Below are positions 9,454 through 18,324 of a stretch of DNA of 54,252 bases, piece by piece. The position numbers and the translations under genes were made by a program. The stretch's first letter is position 1. Every line of letters begins with the position of its first letter. The notes below the pieces were generated by a model. It saw only the letters and a list, made by a program, of their open reading frames with translations. It was not told the origin of the DNA and ran no database searches. The stretch lies in the IMG/VR virus record IMGVR_UViG_3300025782_000006; one strand, written 5' to 3'. Origin of the DNA: an uncultured virus (IMG/VR IMGVR_UViG_3300025782_000006) (taxonomy: Duplodnaviria; Heunggongvirae; Uroviricota; Caudoviricetes).

Positions 9454-12400
9454 TTAACTGGACTGAGTGTTTAACGACTTAATTGTGCCAGGATTATAAA
9501 TTGCGATTGGAATGTAGATGAATTCAACATCTTTCATTGGTTCAATAGCAACGTCAACATACAACTGATTATTAGCAATAGTAGCTGGTGTATTGTTGCT
9601 AGTATCGCAAATTACTAAAAAGTCATATAAACCACGGTGTGCTAACACGTTATTAAGAGCATTTTCGATCGATGTTGCAATTGACTTACGTGTAATTGCA
9701 TCATTAGGTTCAAACAAGTAACCGTTACTAACGCTAGTAAAGATTGAACGTAAATAGTTCTCTAAACGAACAACGTTAACACGATTCTGTGCTGTTGTAT
9801 CTAAGCTACGAGTCAACTGACCAAATACTACTAGGCCGGCACCGGGTAACTGTGTAATTGGGTTAATTGACAAGTTAAATAGTGCATCACGTAGACCTTG
9901 GCTTATGCTGTTGTGTACAAACGCACCTGTTGACGCATTGAGATATCCAATGTCACTTAGATTACTTACTAAGCCGCGGTTAACACCAGCAGGTGCAAAC
10001 CATGGATAACTAACTTGATCGTTGTACAAGTATGTACGCAATACTGCATGGCTAGCTGGAACAACAATTTGGTTTCCAGATAGATCGTTAGTTAAGCCAG
10101 CTGGATAATACAAGGCCAAGTATGGACTTGAGCTTGCATCGCTTGGTAATCCAGTACCTGTGGTATTGTTTACCCAGTTAGTAATATCAACTGTGTTTGG
10201 TCCTAATGTCATTGGTGTATCACCAATAATAAACGCAGTATCACCGCGGTTGTCATTTAGAGTTAACATGTTAGGAATCAACTCTGGATAGTTAGGAGCA
10301 CAAATTAAATTAAATTTGTATGTTGGGCTTAACACATCTAAGTTACTGTCAACAGCTGATTGCATCGCTGCAACAACTAAAGCACGTTGAGCTGCACTAC
10401 CAGCATACATAACACCATTTTCATTTAATCCACTGTCAGACACCCATGCATCTGTAATGGTAGGTGTTGAAGTTGGTAAGTTTTCTGGATTGTTACTTGG
10501 GTTTGCTGGTGGGAAACTTGTGTTATTGAAATAGTTTTGTACATATTTCTTAACATTGTAACCACTACGACGTGTGTTAAACAACAGAGTACCGCGTGGG
10601 TATAAGCGCCAATCTGGAGCATCTAAATCAATATAGTTGCTGGTCAGTAGTGCTGAGATTGGTGGGAAAACTCCACTGATAGGATCTGTTGTGCCGCTGG
10701 TATCCCAACGTGCATCAGCAAATACAATACCGTTTGATGTTGTGTGATCTGTAGTATTGATTGATACCCAAGTTGTACCGTTGTAACGATATAGACTTGG
10801 ATAGTTAACTAGATCACCGGAGTCTAACCACAAGTCGCCAGCTACTAGTGCAGAACCAGTACTTTGACTTGTTGGAGGTGTTGTTGGAGTAACAATAACA
10901 CCATTTGGATCTGTATTAGCTAGATCGTAACCACGTTGATCTGAAGTTACATTGCGATAACCTTTCCAGCCGCTGTTATTGATCATAATATCAATGTCTG
11001 CTGGATTGCTATAGTACCAAATTGTACCGGTAGCTGGTTTAACGTATGGTGCTGAGGATTGATAATAAATGTTCTTTGTAATATTTTTAAAATTACTGAT
11101 AGTAACTTGATTAGTTACTGAATTGTAAATCCAACCAGATCCCGAACTGCCAGAAAAGCCTGCAGATGCTAGTGGTGTACCAGATACAATATCAATATTA
11201 ATTTGTCCACCTAAGGTGTGACCAATTGAAATAGTTCCATTGTCGTTTAGCTGTGCAGTAACATACGGAACGTTAGCTGCTAAAATAGCACTGACAAAAC
11301 CAGCAGGTGATACAGCGGATACTGTAACTGTAGCAGATGCAAGAGTTGAAGTTCCTGGCTGTGATGCATTTATAGTAAAACTACCGCTAATACTCGATGA
11401 TGGTGTTCCACCTGTAGCATTAGTTGGTTGATTTGATGCTACTACGTCAAAACGCAACATGTTATAGGTTGTGTCAGCTTGATAGTAAGATGTTACCAAT
11501 TGACCAACAGTGAGTCCGGAGCCGCCGCCAGTTGGATCAAATGCGTATATTGCTGAACTAAACGTTGGAAATGGTGGGGCACTTTCTGCTACCCATTGAC
11601 CTGACGCAGAATTATATTGGAAAAATGCTGGATTTAATCCGTTACCAGTAATACTGGTTTTCCACCACACTGATCCAGTTGGGCGTGGTTGTGTGTCTGT
11701 TGTCATCCAACTTGGTTGTGCAGTATAAGGACCATAGAAAAACGATAGTGAATTGGTATATCCAGTTGGATATCCGCATAGTGCTAACGGTGTATTTGTT
11801 CCATCAAGGAATAATGCATTACCGTGTCCATCAGCGGCACTTGTAAGGAAAATCTGTAGATAACCGTTAGGTGCTGCAGCAAATACTCCTGGGATAGCAG
11901 CAGTATTAATAGAAGCAGCAAGTGCCGCTACGGTTGTTGTTGATCCAGTTGTAACTGTATTACCGTTGATACTAAATGTGCTGTTAGCAGGGATAGTAGG
12001 ATTTAGTACTGTGCCAGTTCTTGCTGGACTTGAAGTCTGCCAGTCTGGACTACCAACTTCTACCCATTGATTATTTAAACCGCCAGTTGTTACACCACCT
12101 GAAGTACTAACAGAATTAATACCTGCTTTGTAAAATAATCGTAATGCTGAAGGGGTAGTGCCATCTGGATTAACGCAAACGATTGCGTATTGACCAATTT
12201 GTCCAACAGAGTTAAGTGGGGTTGGAACATTGTTGGTTGTATTAACTGTTACATACTGTACTTGTGCTGGGTCAGTAATATTCAATGGAGCAAGATTTGT
12301 AAATGCACCTGTGGCTTCGTTCCACTGATAGATACCCCATTGTGTATTAGAAACGTCTAACCAATATGTGCCATTTGCAGGAGGATCGATTGGACGTACA

Positions 12401-12765
12401 CTTGTACCAACTAGTTGGTTTAGGTCGATATCAGCACGGATAGCAAACAACTGATTGCTCAGTCCTAAAGCACTATAAGCTGCCATCAAACCGTATTCAT
12501 TGATTTCACTACCATTAACTGGTGTTCCTGCAGAGCTCAATTGGAACGTTGGTGTGCCCAATTGGGTAATCAAATCACGTTGGCTTGTGAATGATAATAG
12601 TTTGCCAGCATTTGCTGGTAGTGTTCCAGTAGCAGGTGAACCTGAAGGATTAGTTTTGTTCGACGCTGTTGCTAACACTACTAATGGTACAGAACCTACG
12701 TTACTGTTTACATATTGGCTTTGATCATTAATTGTGATCGATACGCCTGGAGATACTAGTGCCAT
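9454..12765 (-). CDS. gp18: Contractile tail sheath protein (gp18-like), 1103 aa
   Basis: N-terminal LVSPGVSITIND. C-terminal PWFAPAGVNRG, INPI, RVNVVRL, FEPND, IEPMKDVEFIYI. Confidence 0.95.
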   Translation of the reverse strand: MALVSPGVSITINDQSQYVNSNVGSVPLVVLATASNKTNPSGSPATGTLPANAGKLLSFTSQRDLITQLGTPTFQLSSAGTPVNGSEINEYGLMAAYSALGLSNQLFAIRADIDLNQLVGTSVRPIDPPANGTYWLDVSNTQWGIYQWNEATGAFTNLAPLNITDPAQVQYVTVNTTNNVPTPLNSVGQIGQYAIVCVNPDGTTPSALRLFYKAGINSVSTSGGVTTGGLNNQWVEVGSPDWQTSSPARTGTVLNPTIPANSTFSINGNTVTTGSTTTVAALAASINTAAIPGVFAAAPNGYLQIFLTSAADGHGNALFLDGTNTPLALCGYPTGYTNSLSFFYGPYTAQPSWMTTDTQPRPTGSVWWKTSITGNGLNPAFFQYNSASGQWVAESAPPFPTFSSAIYAFDPTGGGSGLTVGQLVTSYYQADTTYNMLRFDVVASNQPTNATGGTPSSSISGSFTINASQPGTSTLASATVTVSAVSPAGFVSAILAANVPYVTAQLNDNGTISIGHTLGGQINIDIVSGTPLASAGFSGSSGSGWIYNSVTNQVTISNFKNITKNIYYQSSAPYVKPATGTIWYYSNPADIDIMINNSGWKGYRNVTSDQRGYDLANTDPNGVIVTPTTPPTSQSTGSALVAGDLWLDSGDLVNYPSLYRYNGTTWVSINTTDHTTSNGIVFADARWDTSGTTDPISGVFPPISALLTSNYIDLDAPDWRLYPRGTLLFNTRRSGYNVKKYVQNYFNNTSFPPANPSNNPENLPTSTPTITDAWVSDSGLNENGVMYAGSAAQRALVVAAMQSAVDSNLDVLSPTYKFNLICAPNYPELIPNMLTLNDNRGDTAFIIGDTPMTLGPNTVDITNWVNNTTGTGLPSDASSSPYLALYYPAGLTNDLSGNQIVVPASHAVLRTYLYNDQVSYPWFAPAGVNRGLVSNLSDIGYLNASTGAFVHNSISQGLRDALFNLSINPITQLPGAGLVVFGQLTRSLDTTAQNRVNVVRLENYLRSIFTSVSNGYLFEPNDAITRKSIATSIENALNNVLAHRGLYDFLVICDTSNNTPATIANNQLYVDVAIEPMKDVEFIYIPIAIYNPGTIKSLNTQSS

Positions 12766-12796
12766 GGTTTATATCCTTTATATTACATGTTATAGT

Positions 12797-12804
12797 TATT
12801 TATA
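12797..12804 (-). promoter_or_regulatory. T4-type late promoter TATAAATA for the sheath operon
   Basis: Exact match to the T4 gp55 late consensus, 31 nt upstream of the sheath ATG. AAGGA SD downstream. Confidence 0.8.
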
Positions 12805-12880
12805 AGAAAGGTATAAAATATGGTAGGTTACAGGAGCCTTTGCAAAGGTTTAATTGATTTTTGCATCATAAATACAGCAT

Positions 12881-13231
12881 ATGATACGACCAATATGTCC
12901 TGTATGCTCTGAAAACTACGTTGCTATTAATTATAAACGTGGCGGTATGTTACACTATAGAACAAAGTGTGCTGCCTGCATTAGAAAAGGAAAAAAATTA
13001 AAGCCGCAGGCTCCTGCATGGGCTAAGTCGGGATACAAAAAAGCCGAGCGTTGTGAAGTATGTAACTTTAAAGCAAAAATTCCCACCAAACAATTATTTG
13101 TATATCATGTGGACGGGAATCTTAAAAACAACAATTGGCACAATTTAAAAACAATCTGTGCTAATTGTAGAATTGAACTTGCTGTAAGTCGAGTTAGTTG
13201 GAAACCGGCTCCTATTGTACCAGACTTTTAA
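12881..13231 (+). CDS. Small zinc-finger HNH-like protein
   Basis: CPVC, CAAC, CEVC, YHVDGNLKNNNWHNLKTICANC. CATAAATA box 6 nt upstream. Confidence 0.75.
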   Translation: MIRPICPVCSENYVAINYKRGGMLHYRTKCAACIRKGKKLKPQAPAWAKSGYKKAERCEVCNFKAKIPTKQLFVYHVDGNLKNNNWHNLKTICANCRIELAVSRVSWKPAPIVPDF

Positions 13232-13835
13232 TATTAGCGTAGAGTTCTTCGATAGTACCGTTGTTGTCAATTTCATAATCAAATTTTGTACCTACCCACG
13301 CAGTTTCGCTGATATGCACTCCAAGCTCTCTAAGAATTTCGCTAGATGCATTGGGCTGTGGCGGATTGTTATTTGCGGCCAGTGCTACACCATACCAGCT
13401 AGGTAATTCGCCGCGTCGAACCCAAACAATTTTACCGCCAGCATTACGAATACTTTGTATTTCGTTAGGGAAACGGACATCACTGATGACAGTATTATCA
13501 CTACGACGACTTAGTCGTGCTTCCAGGGCCGCGATCCAAATGTCGTCGTGGAAGGCTTTACGGCAAACTTCAGTGCCCCAGTACTGTAGTACCCAGCGGG
13601 GAGTTAAATTGGGCATGTTAAGTCTATTGGCCCACCATGGATCCACTTGTTCACGCCAAGCACGTGCTTCAGGAGTACGACCTTCTAAGAGTTCACGATC
13701 CCAACCAAATACTGCGGCCACAGCATCTTTAAGTGTACCAGCAAAACTATCGCGTCTGTAGCCGTGAAAACCAACTAAGTAGTCGGCAATAGTATCTTTA
13801 CCTGAACCAATAAATCCGCATACACCAATGATCAT
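13212..13835 (-). CDS. gp1: Deoxynucleoside monophosphate kinase (T4 gp1-like)
   Basis: MIIGVCGFIGSGKDT P-loop, FAGTLKD, TPRWVLQYWGTE, ISDVRFPNE, HISE, IDNNGT. Confidence 0.92.
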   Translation of the reverse strand: MIIGVCGFIGSGKDTIADYLVGFHGYRRDSFAGTLKDAVAAVFGWDRELLEGRTPEARAWREQVDPWWANRLNMPNLTPRWVLQYWGTEVCRKAFHDDIWIAALEARLSRRSDNTVISDVRFPNEIQSIRNAGGKIVWVRRGELPSWYGVALAANNNPPQPNASSEILRELGVHISETAWVGTKFDYEIDNNGTIEELYANIKSLVQ

Positions 13836-13860
13836 AAAAAAGCCCTTTGTAATAAGGGCT
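13836..13860 (-). terminator. Terminator-like hairpin immediately before the dNMP kinase ATG
   Basis: Minus strand reads AGCCCTT-ATTACA-AAGGGCT-TTTTT-ATG. Confidence 0.6.
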
Positions 13861-13889
13861 ATTTTTACATAATTTAAGTAGTTTGTCAA

Positions 13890-14843
13890 CTATCCCATTA
13901 ACCAAGTCAGTGGTTGCGATCCGTCAACATACTGTTTTAGATCGTCCTCTAATTTTTCCATTTCAGCTTGTGCTTCAGCTTTTAGTTGGGCTCCATTCAG
14001 ACTAGTACCACCCTGTGGTCCCGCAATTTGGCTAAACTTTTCGCGTGCTTCACCTAGGATACGTTTGCAAAAACTGTAGGCATAATCTTGAATCCAGGGA
14101 AATGCATAGGTATCGTTAAGGATTATAGAATCTGGCTTTTGATTAAACATCCAAAGTATAACAGTTTCTTGCTGTGTTAAATCGGGGTTAGCACCTTGCC
14201 ATGGCATCTTACGAACTAGTGTTAGTTTTTTTGTTACTGGGTTAAATGTAAAGTTCATAAAGCCACCAAACATTTTCATAGCTAGTTTTTGATAGTCAAC
14301 AAACAATTCATAGTTTGTTAGGCCACCAACACGTCCAGCTACCAACATATACGTGTTTAAGTATCCTGATGAAAATGGCTCAAATTGACTAGCACTAGTA
14401 CCTGTAGTTGAACCAATACCACGACGGAAAATTTGTCGAACGCTCATTACTTCTTTGGGTAGTATATACTCCTGGGTTTCAGGAAGTAATACCATGCTTG
14501 CATAGCTTTCTTCTGTGGAGTTTTGAGCACGTTGACGATATTTGATCAGAGCCTGTGTAACTCCCATTTCGTAGTGTTCTTTATCTAGTTCAACGTCCAC
14601 AATGCCGTCAGCTAATCGTAAACGAATATAGTCGGTGATAGCAGCACGTAGACTATCGTTGGTATTACCAAATGTCCAGTTTGGGTCTTGGACACCGGGG
14701 AAGCCTACTCGAGAGTCGCCAGTAAATTCGATATGGCCAGCACCAGAACCAGTGTTGGCATTAAAAAGGCTTTCTGTGCCTATGTTAAGATTTGCGTCAA
14801 ACCCAGGATCTTCAATGATCGGGCCTGTATAAGGTGTTACCAT
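13890..14843 (-). CDS. gp13: Neck protein (T4 gp13-like)
   Basis: DYIRLRLADGIVDVEL, WIQDYAYSFCKRILGEAREKF, GPQGGTSLNGAQLKAEA. Confidence 0.85.
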   Translation of the reverse strand: MVTPYTGPIIEDPGFDANLNIGTESLFNANTGSGAGHIEFTGDSRVGFPGVQDPNWTFGNTNDSLRAAITDYIRLRLADGIVDVELDKEHYEMGVTQALIKYRQRAQNSTEESYASMVLLPETQEYILPKEVMSVRQIFRRGIGSTTGTSASQFEPFSSGYLNTYMLVAGRVGGLTNYELFVDYQKLAMKMFGGFMNFTFNPVTKKLTLVRKMPWQGANPDLTQQETVILWMFNQKPDSIILNDTYAFPWIQDYAYSFCKRILGEAREKFSQIAGPQGGTSLNGAQLKAEAQAEMEKLEDDLKQYVDGSQPLTWLMG

Positions 14844-14848
14844 ATATT

Positions 14849-14885
14849 ACTCCGTTATCAAGTATTTATTACTCTGTAACGGAGT
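14849..14885 (-). promoter_or_regulatory. 9-bp inverted repeat enclosing a late promoter and sequestering the gp13 SD
   Basis: Minus strand reads ACTCCGTTA-cagagtaaTAAATActtga-TAACGGAGT-aatatATG. The 3' arm contains the GGAG SD. Confidence 0.7.
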
Positions 14886-14891
14886 TTGGGT

Positions 14892-16073
14892 TTATTGTAC
14901 CTTTAGTAGAATCACATCAGCACTAATACGACCATTGAGTTTTGTTTCAGTTGCTTTGATATTTTCTATAAACTTACGCAGTTCTATCTTAGTAGCACGA
15001 GCAAACTCTTTGAGCTTTTCCTCTGGTTTACGCAAGGTTTTTGTTACACTTTTATGTTCATCGAAGCCGATAATGCCAGTTCCTTTGACGTTTAAGGGTC
15101 CTTTTAGACTGTCAGCTACATACTTGCCTAACTTACGTGTTTTAGTGTTATAGACCCATAGTTCTTGTGCACCAATAATATCTGCAGGATTAACGCTAAC
15201 CAAGCGTAAAACTTTATCTTCTTTGGCATATTTGAGTTTAGCTACTACTTTTTCTTTGCTTACGGATTTTGGGGCACGAATCTTTTTAGTAGCTTTCTTG
15301 ACGCCACGATATTGAATGATATCATTTAAGATCTGATCAATGAATGCCATGATACGTTTAAAGTCTGCGGCCTTATAATGACTGTAGCCTTCTGTAATTT
15401 GCTCGTCGACTTTTTCAAAAGCCAATTTAAGTTCATCAAATCGAACTTGATATACTGCTTCGTACTTACTTAACTGACTCTGTGGAACATTGTTAGCCAC
15501 AAGAAAATCATAAGGCTTAAACTGGTACTTAGGATCACAAATGAATGCATCGTAGTGGCCTTCAAGTTCGCCGATTGTTTCTGAGGTTTTTTCATTTAGT
15601 CTGTCCTGAATAGTTGGTACATAGGCTTTGGGTTTTTCTTCAACAACTTCAACAACAATTTCTTCTGCTGACTTGCTGTTAATACTTTCGAGAATGTTTG
15701 CATCAATGAATTCAATATGACGTTCTTGTAAGGGCATACCTTGACGATGAGCCATGATAAGTCCACAAGTGGTCATCGATACTGTACGATCCCCGGCACG
15801 TTCAAACGCTTTAATCTCTTCTGCGGTAAAGTCTTTGACTTCCTTCATCCAAGCAACAACGTGCTTCTTTAGATCCTTTTGTGTAAAGAAATAATTGTAA
15901 TAGTTCAAACTACGACGCATGTGATGATCAAACTCTTCAAAAGACATTGTCTTGGCACGCTCAGTATCCCAGACTGGTTCATTGCCTGTGTACTTTTCAT
16001 CACCAAACAGGGGATTACGTGTTGCACGAATCTTTGCTTTGGTTGCCTTGCCATTGATTTTAATATTAGCCAT
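14892..16073 (-). CDS. Hypothetical protein of T4-like phage type (393 aa)
   Basis: Long ORF with a basic C-terminal region (IIGAQELWVYNTKTRKL...KTLRKPEE...NGRI). Coupled to the upstream exonuclease gene. Confidence 0.75.
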   Translation of the reverse strand: MANIKINGKATKAKIRATRNPLFGDEKYTGNEPVWDTERAKTMSFEEFDHHMRRSLNYYNYFFTQKDLKKHVVAWMKEVKDFTAEEIKAFERAGDRTVSMTTCGLIMAHRQGMPLQERHIEFIDANILESINSKSAEEIVVEVVEEKPKAYVPTIQDRLNEKTSETIGELEGHYDAFICDPKYQFKPYDFLVANNVPQSQLSKYEAVYQVRFDELKLAFEKVDEQITEGYSHYKAADFKRIMAFIDQILNDIIQYRGVKKATKKIRAPKSVSKEKVVAKLKYAKEDKVLRLVSVNPADIIGAQELWVYNTKTRKLGKYVADSLKGPLNVKGTGIIGFDEHKSVTKTLRKPEEKLKEFARATKIELRKFIENIKATETKLNGRISADVILLKVQ

Positions 16074-16578
16074 TTTGTCTATCTCTCACTAAAGGTTTGT
16101 AGGCATACTTATTACCACGAGCATCGTATAATGCATGATGCGGTTTATGGCCAAAGGCGTCAGCCTCTGCCCAATAATAATCTATTGCTTGTTGATCTAG
16201 GTTGCCCCATATATTCATAGCCCGTATGTTGCTAAACAGTTCTTCTTCTGGAAGTTCTGGAAGTAATTGTAGCATTTTTGCCATTAAATACCAATCGGTA
16301 TTATAGTCAAAGCAAATAGTAACAATATCATCACCATAAAACTTTAACCACTTATTCAGTTTCATCGCAATGCCATAGTAATTATCCACTATGCGTTTTG
16401 GATATTCACCTAATAAAGGGACAACCACTTCACGAACAAAGTCACTGCAACATTCTTGTCTGTACTGCACGCTTTCTGCGTAAAATTCTCGATCATTTTC
16501 ATCAACCAAACCAATAGAAATTAAGTCGCACTCTGACTCAGGAAAATCAGTAAATTCGGTATCCAAAAATATCAACAT
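16066..16578 (-). CDS. DEDDh 3'-5' exo(ribo)nuclease (Rv2179c-like)
   Basis: FLDTEFTD, LISIGLV, DYNTDW, HHALYDARG. Confidence 0.85.
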   Translation of the reverse strand: MLIFLDTEFTDFPESECDLISIGLVDENDREFYAESVQYRQECCSDFVREVVVPLLGEYPKRIVDNYYGIAMKLNKWLKFYGDDIVTICFDYNTDWYLMAKMLQLLPELPEEELFSNIRAMNIWGNLDQQAIDYYWAEADAFGHKPHHALYDARGNKYAYKPLVRDRQNG

Positions 16579-16583
16579 ACAGT

Positions 16584-16612
16584 ATTATACATTAATTATC
16601 ATTTGGTGTCAA
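16584..16612 (-). promoter_or_regulatory. Sigma70 consensus promoter (TTGACA-17-TATAAT)
   Basis: -35 box at 16612-16607 and -10 box at 16589-16584. The exonuclease ATG is 5 nt downstream. Confidence 0.8.
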
Positions 16613-16861
16613 TAACGTAGCAAAAGTAAGATGTTGCTCCATTAAGTCCAAACGGGCAATCAAATCTGCTTCAATTTCTTGGTACCGTGCTGTGGGCTTG
16701 TTAAGCCTGCGACATTCGACCAATTCACGATCTAACTGATCCCATAGTGCTCTAGCAGGACGCCATAAACGTCGCATATCCTCACGCATATTAGGGGGGA
16801 TATCAATAATTTGAAAAAATATAGTATCTAACCGCTTTTTCAGGTCTTGATTGTGATCCAT
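16592..16861 (-). CDS. Hypothetical protein (89 aa)
   Basis: ORF preceded by a sigma70-type promoter. Confidence 0.7.
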   Translation of the reverse strand: MDHNQDLKKRLDTIFFQIIDIPPNMREDMRRLWRPARALWDQLDRELVECRRLNKPTARYQEIEADLIARLDLMEQHLTFATLLTPNDN

Positions 16862-16867
16862 GCTACT

Positions 16868-16896
16868 ATTATACTATTTTGGCAATTAAGGGTCAA
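16868..16896 (-). promoter_or_regulatory. Sigma70-type promoter (TTGACC-17-TATAAT)
   Basis: -35 box at 16896-16891 and -10 box at 16873-16868. ATG 6 nt downstream. Back-to-back with a plus-strand late box GATAAATA at 16902-16909. Confidence 0.75.
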
Positions 16897-16927
16897 CTGT
16901 AGATAAATATGCTAATAAGGATATACT

Positions 16928-18316
16928 ATGCCACGTTTAAGCCTTTGGCAAGATGGAAAACATTCAAATGATTACAAATTTATGGATAGACGCATATCCG
17001 AAATGTTTACCATCGGTGGCACTGGTGTCCTGCTCAACAAATATTTAGGTACCAATCCGCAAGGGTTATTTGTTTCAACTAGTGCCGCACAGTCTGGCCC
17101 AGACATTGTATTACAATTTAGCAATACCAACGGAATTCAAACAGGAATGTTTGTATATGGTACAAACGTTTCTGCTGGCACAACGGTTACTTCGGTCTCT
17201 AGCACATCAATCACATTAAATTTGCCAACTACAGGAGCAGTTCCGACTAATACCAGCATTGGATTTAGTGTGGATGCTACACAGCCAGCTTACACAAATC
17301 AATCGGCTCTAAACATACAAGACTTGTTATGGACAGAAAATCGTGACCGCAAGTATGACTTAGACGTTTACAAAATGCGCGGAATCTATCAACGTGCCGA
17401 CCAAGACTTTGATCTAAGTCAATTTGGTCTATTCTTACAAACTGGAACAATCTTTATGGTGTTTCATTTACGTGACATGGTTGACCAGATTGGTCGTAAG
17501 TTAATTGCTGGTGACGTATTAGAATTAGAGCATCTAAAAGACTATGATGCTCTTAATACTGACTTACCGGCTGCATTAAAGAGATACTATGTAGTTGGTG
17601 ATGCTAGTTTTGCCGCAGAAGGCTTTTCACCAACTTGGTGGCCACACTTATGGCGTGTCAAACTTAATCCGCTTGTTGATAGTCAAGAGTATAAAGATAT
17701 TCTTAACAATATCAAAGCCGGTGATCCAAATGTTACCAATACCCCAGTGGGTCAGGTCCTGAGTACCTATCAACAATATACTAATCTAAACGAATCTATT
17801 GTAACACAAGCAGAATTTGATATTCCGCTCAGTGGGTACGACACTAGTTCATTCTATACCTTAGGTGTAAACGAAGATGGTAGCCCGCAGGCTAACCCTA
17901 TAACTGGTGATAACACTAGTATCACAGCCGACCAACTTGACCCAACTGCCGATGCTGGTGTAATGAGTCCTACAAGCAAAATTCAAGGTTACTTAACCGG
18001 GGATGGCCGAGCACCGAACGGATTGGTTACTGGTGCTGGTATTGCTTTCCCAACCAATCCAGCCACTGGAGATTACTTCCTGAGATTAGACTACTTACCA
18101 AATCGCTTGTTTAGATTTGACGGCTCATTCTGGCGTAAGATTGAAGATGCTGTACGTACTGGCCTAACACCAGGTGCTGCAAATAACTTAACCAACCGTG
18201 CTAGTTATGTAAATAACACAAACACCTACACTGATGCCGCAGGTCAGGTACATAACGAACGTCAAAATTTAAGTCTAGCACTAACACCACGTGCAGACAA
18301 TTCAGATAACGAATAG
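16928..18316 (+). CDS. gp14: Neck/head-closure protein (T4 gp14-like) with insertions
   Basis: IQDLLWTENRDRKYD, DLSQFGL, GRKLIAGDVLEL. Lies directly before the gp15-like gene. Late box plus AAGGA SD. Confidence 0.65.
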   Translation: MPRLSLWQDGKHSNDYKFMDRRISEMFTIGGTGVLLNKYLGTNPQGLFVSTSAAQSGPDIVLQFSNTNGIQTGMFVYGTNVSAGTTVTSVSSTSITLNLPTTGAVPTNTSIGFSVDATQPAYTNQSALNIQDLLWTENRDRKYDLDVYKMRGIYQRADQDFDLSQFGLFLQTGTIFMVFHLRDMVDQIGRKLIAGDVLELEHLKDYDALNTDLPAALKRYYVVGDASFAAEGFSPTWWPHLWRVKLNPLVDSQEYKDILNNIKAGDPNVTNTPVGQVLSTYQQYTNLNESIVTQAEFDIPLSGYDTSSFYTLGVNEDGSPQANPITGDNTSITADQLDPTADAGVMSPTSKIQGYLTGDGRAPNGLVTGAGIAFPTNPATGDYFLRLDYLPNRLFRFDGSFWRKIEDAVRTGLTPGAANNLTNRASYVNNTNTYTDAAGQVHNERQNLSLALTPRADNSDNE

Positions 18317-18324
18317 AGAATAAT

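Noticed and set aside
12771..12816. Possible SD-sequestering pairing around the sheath late promoter (CCUUU/AAAGG)
   Set aside because: Only about 5 contiguous pairs in AT-rich sequence, and no upstream same-strand read-through is evident.
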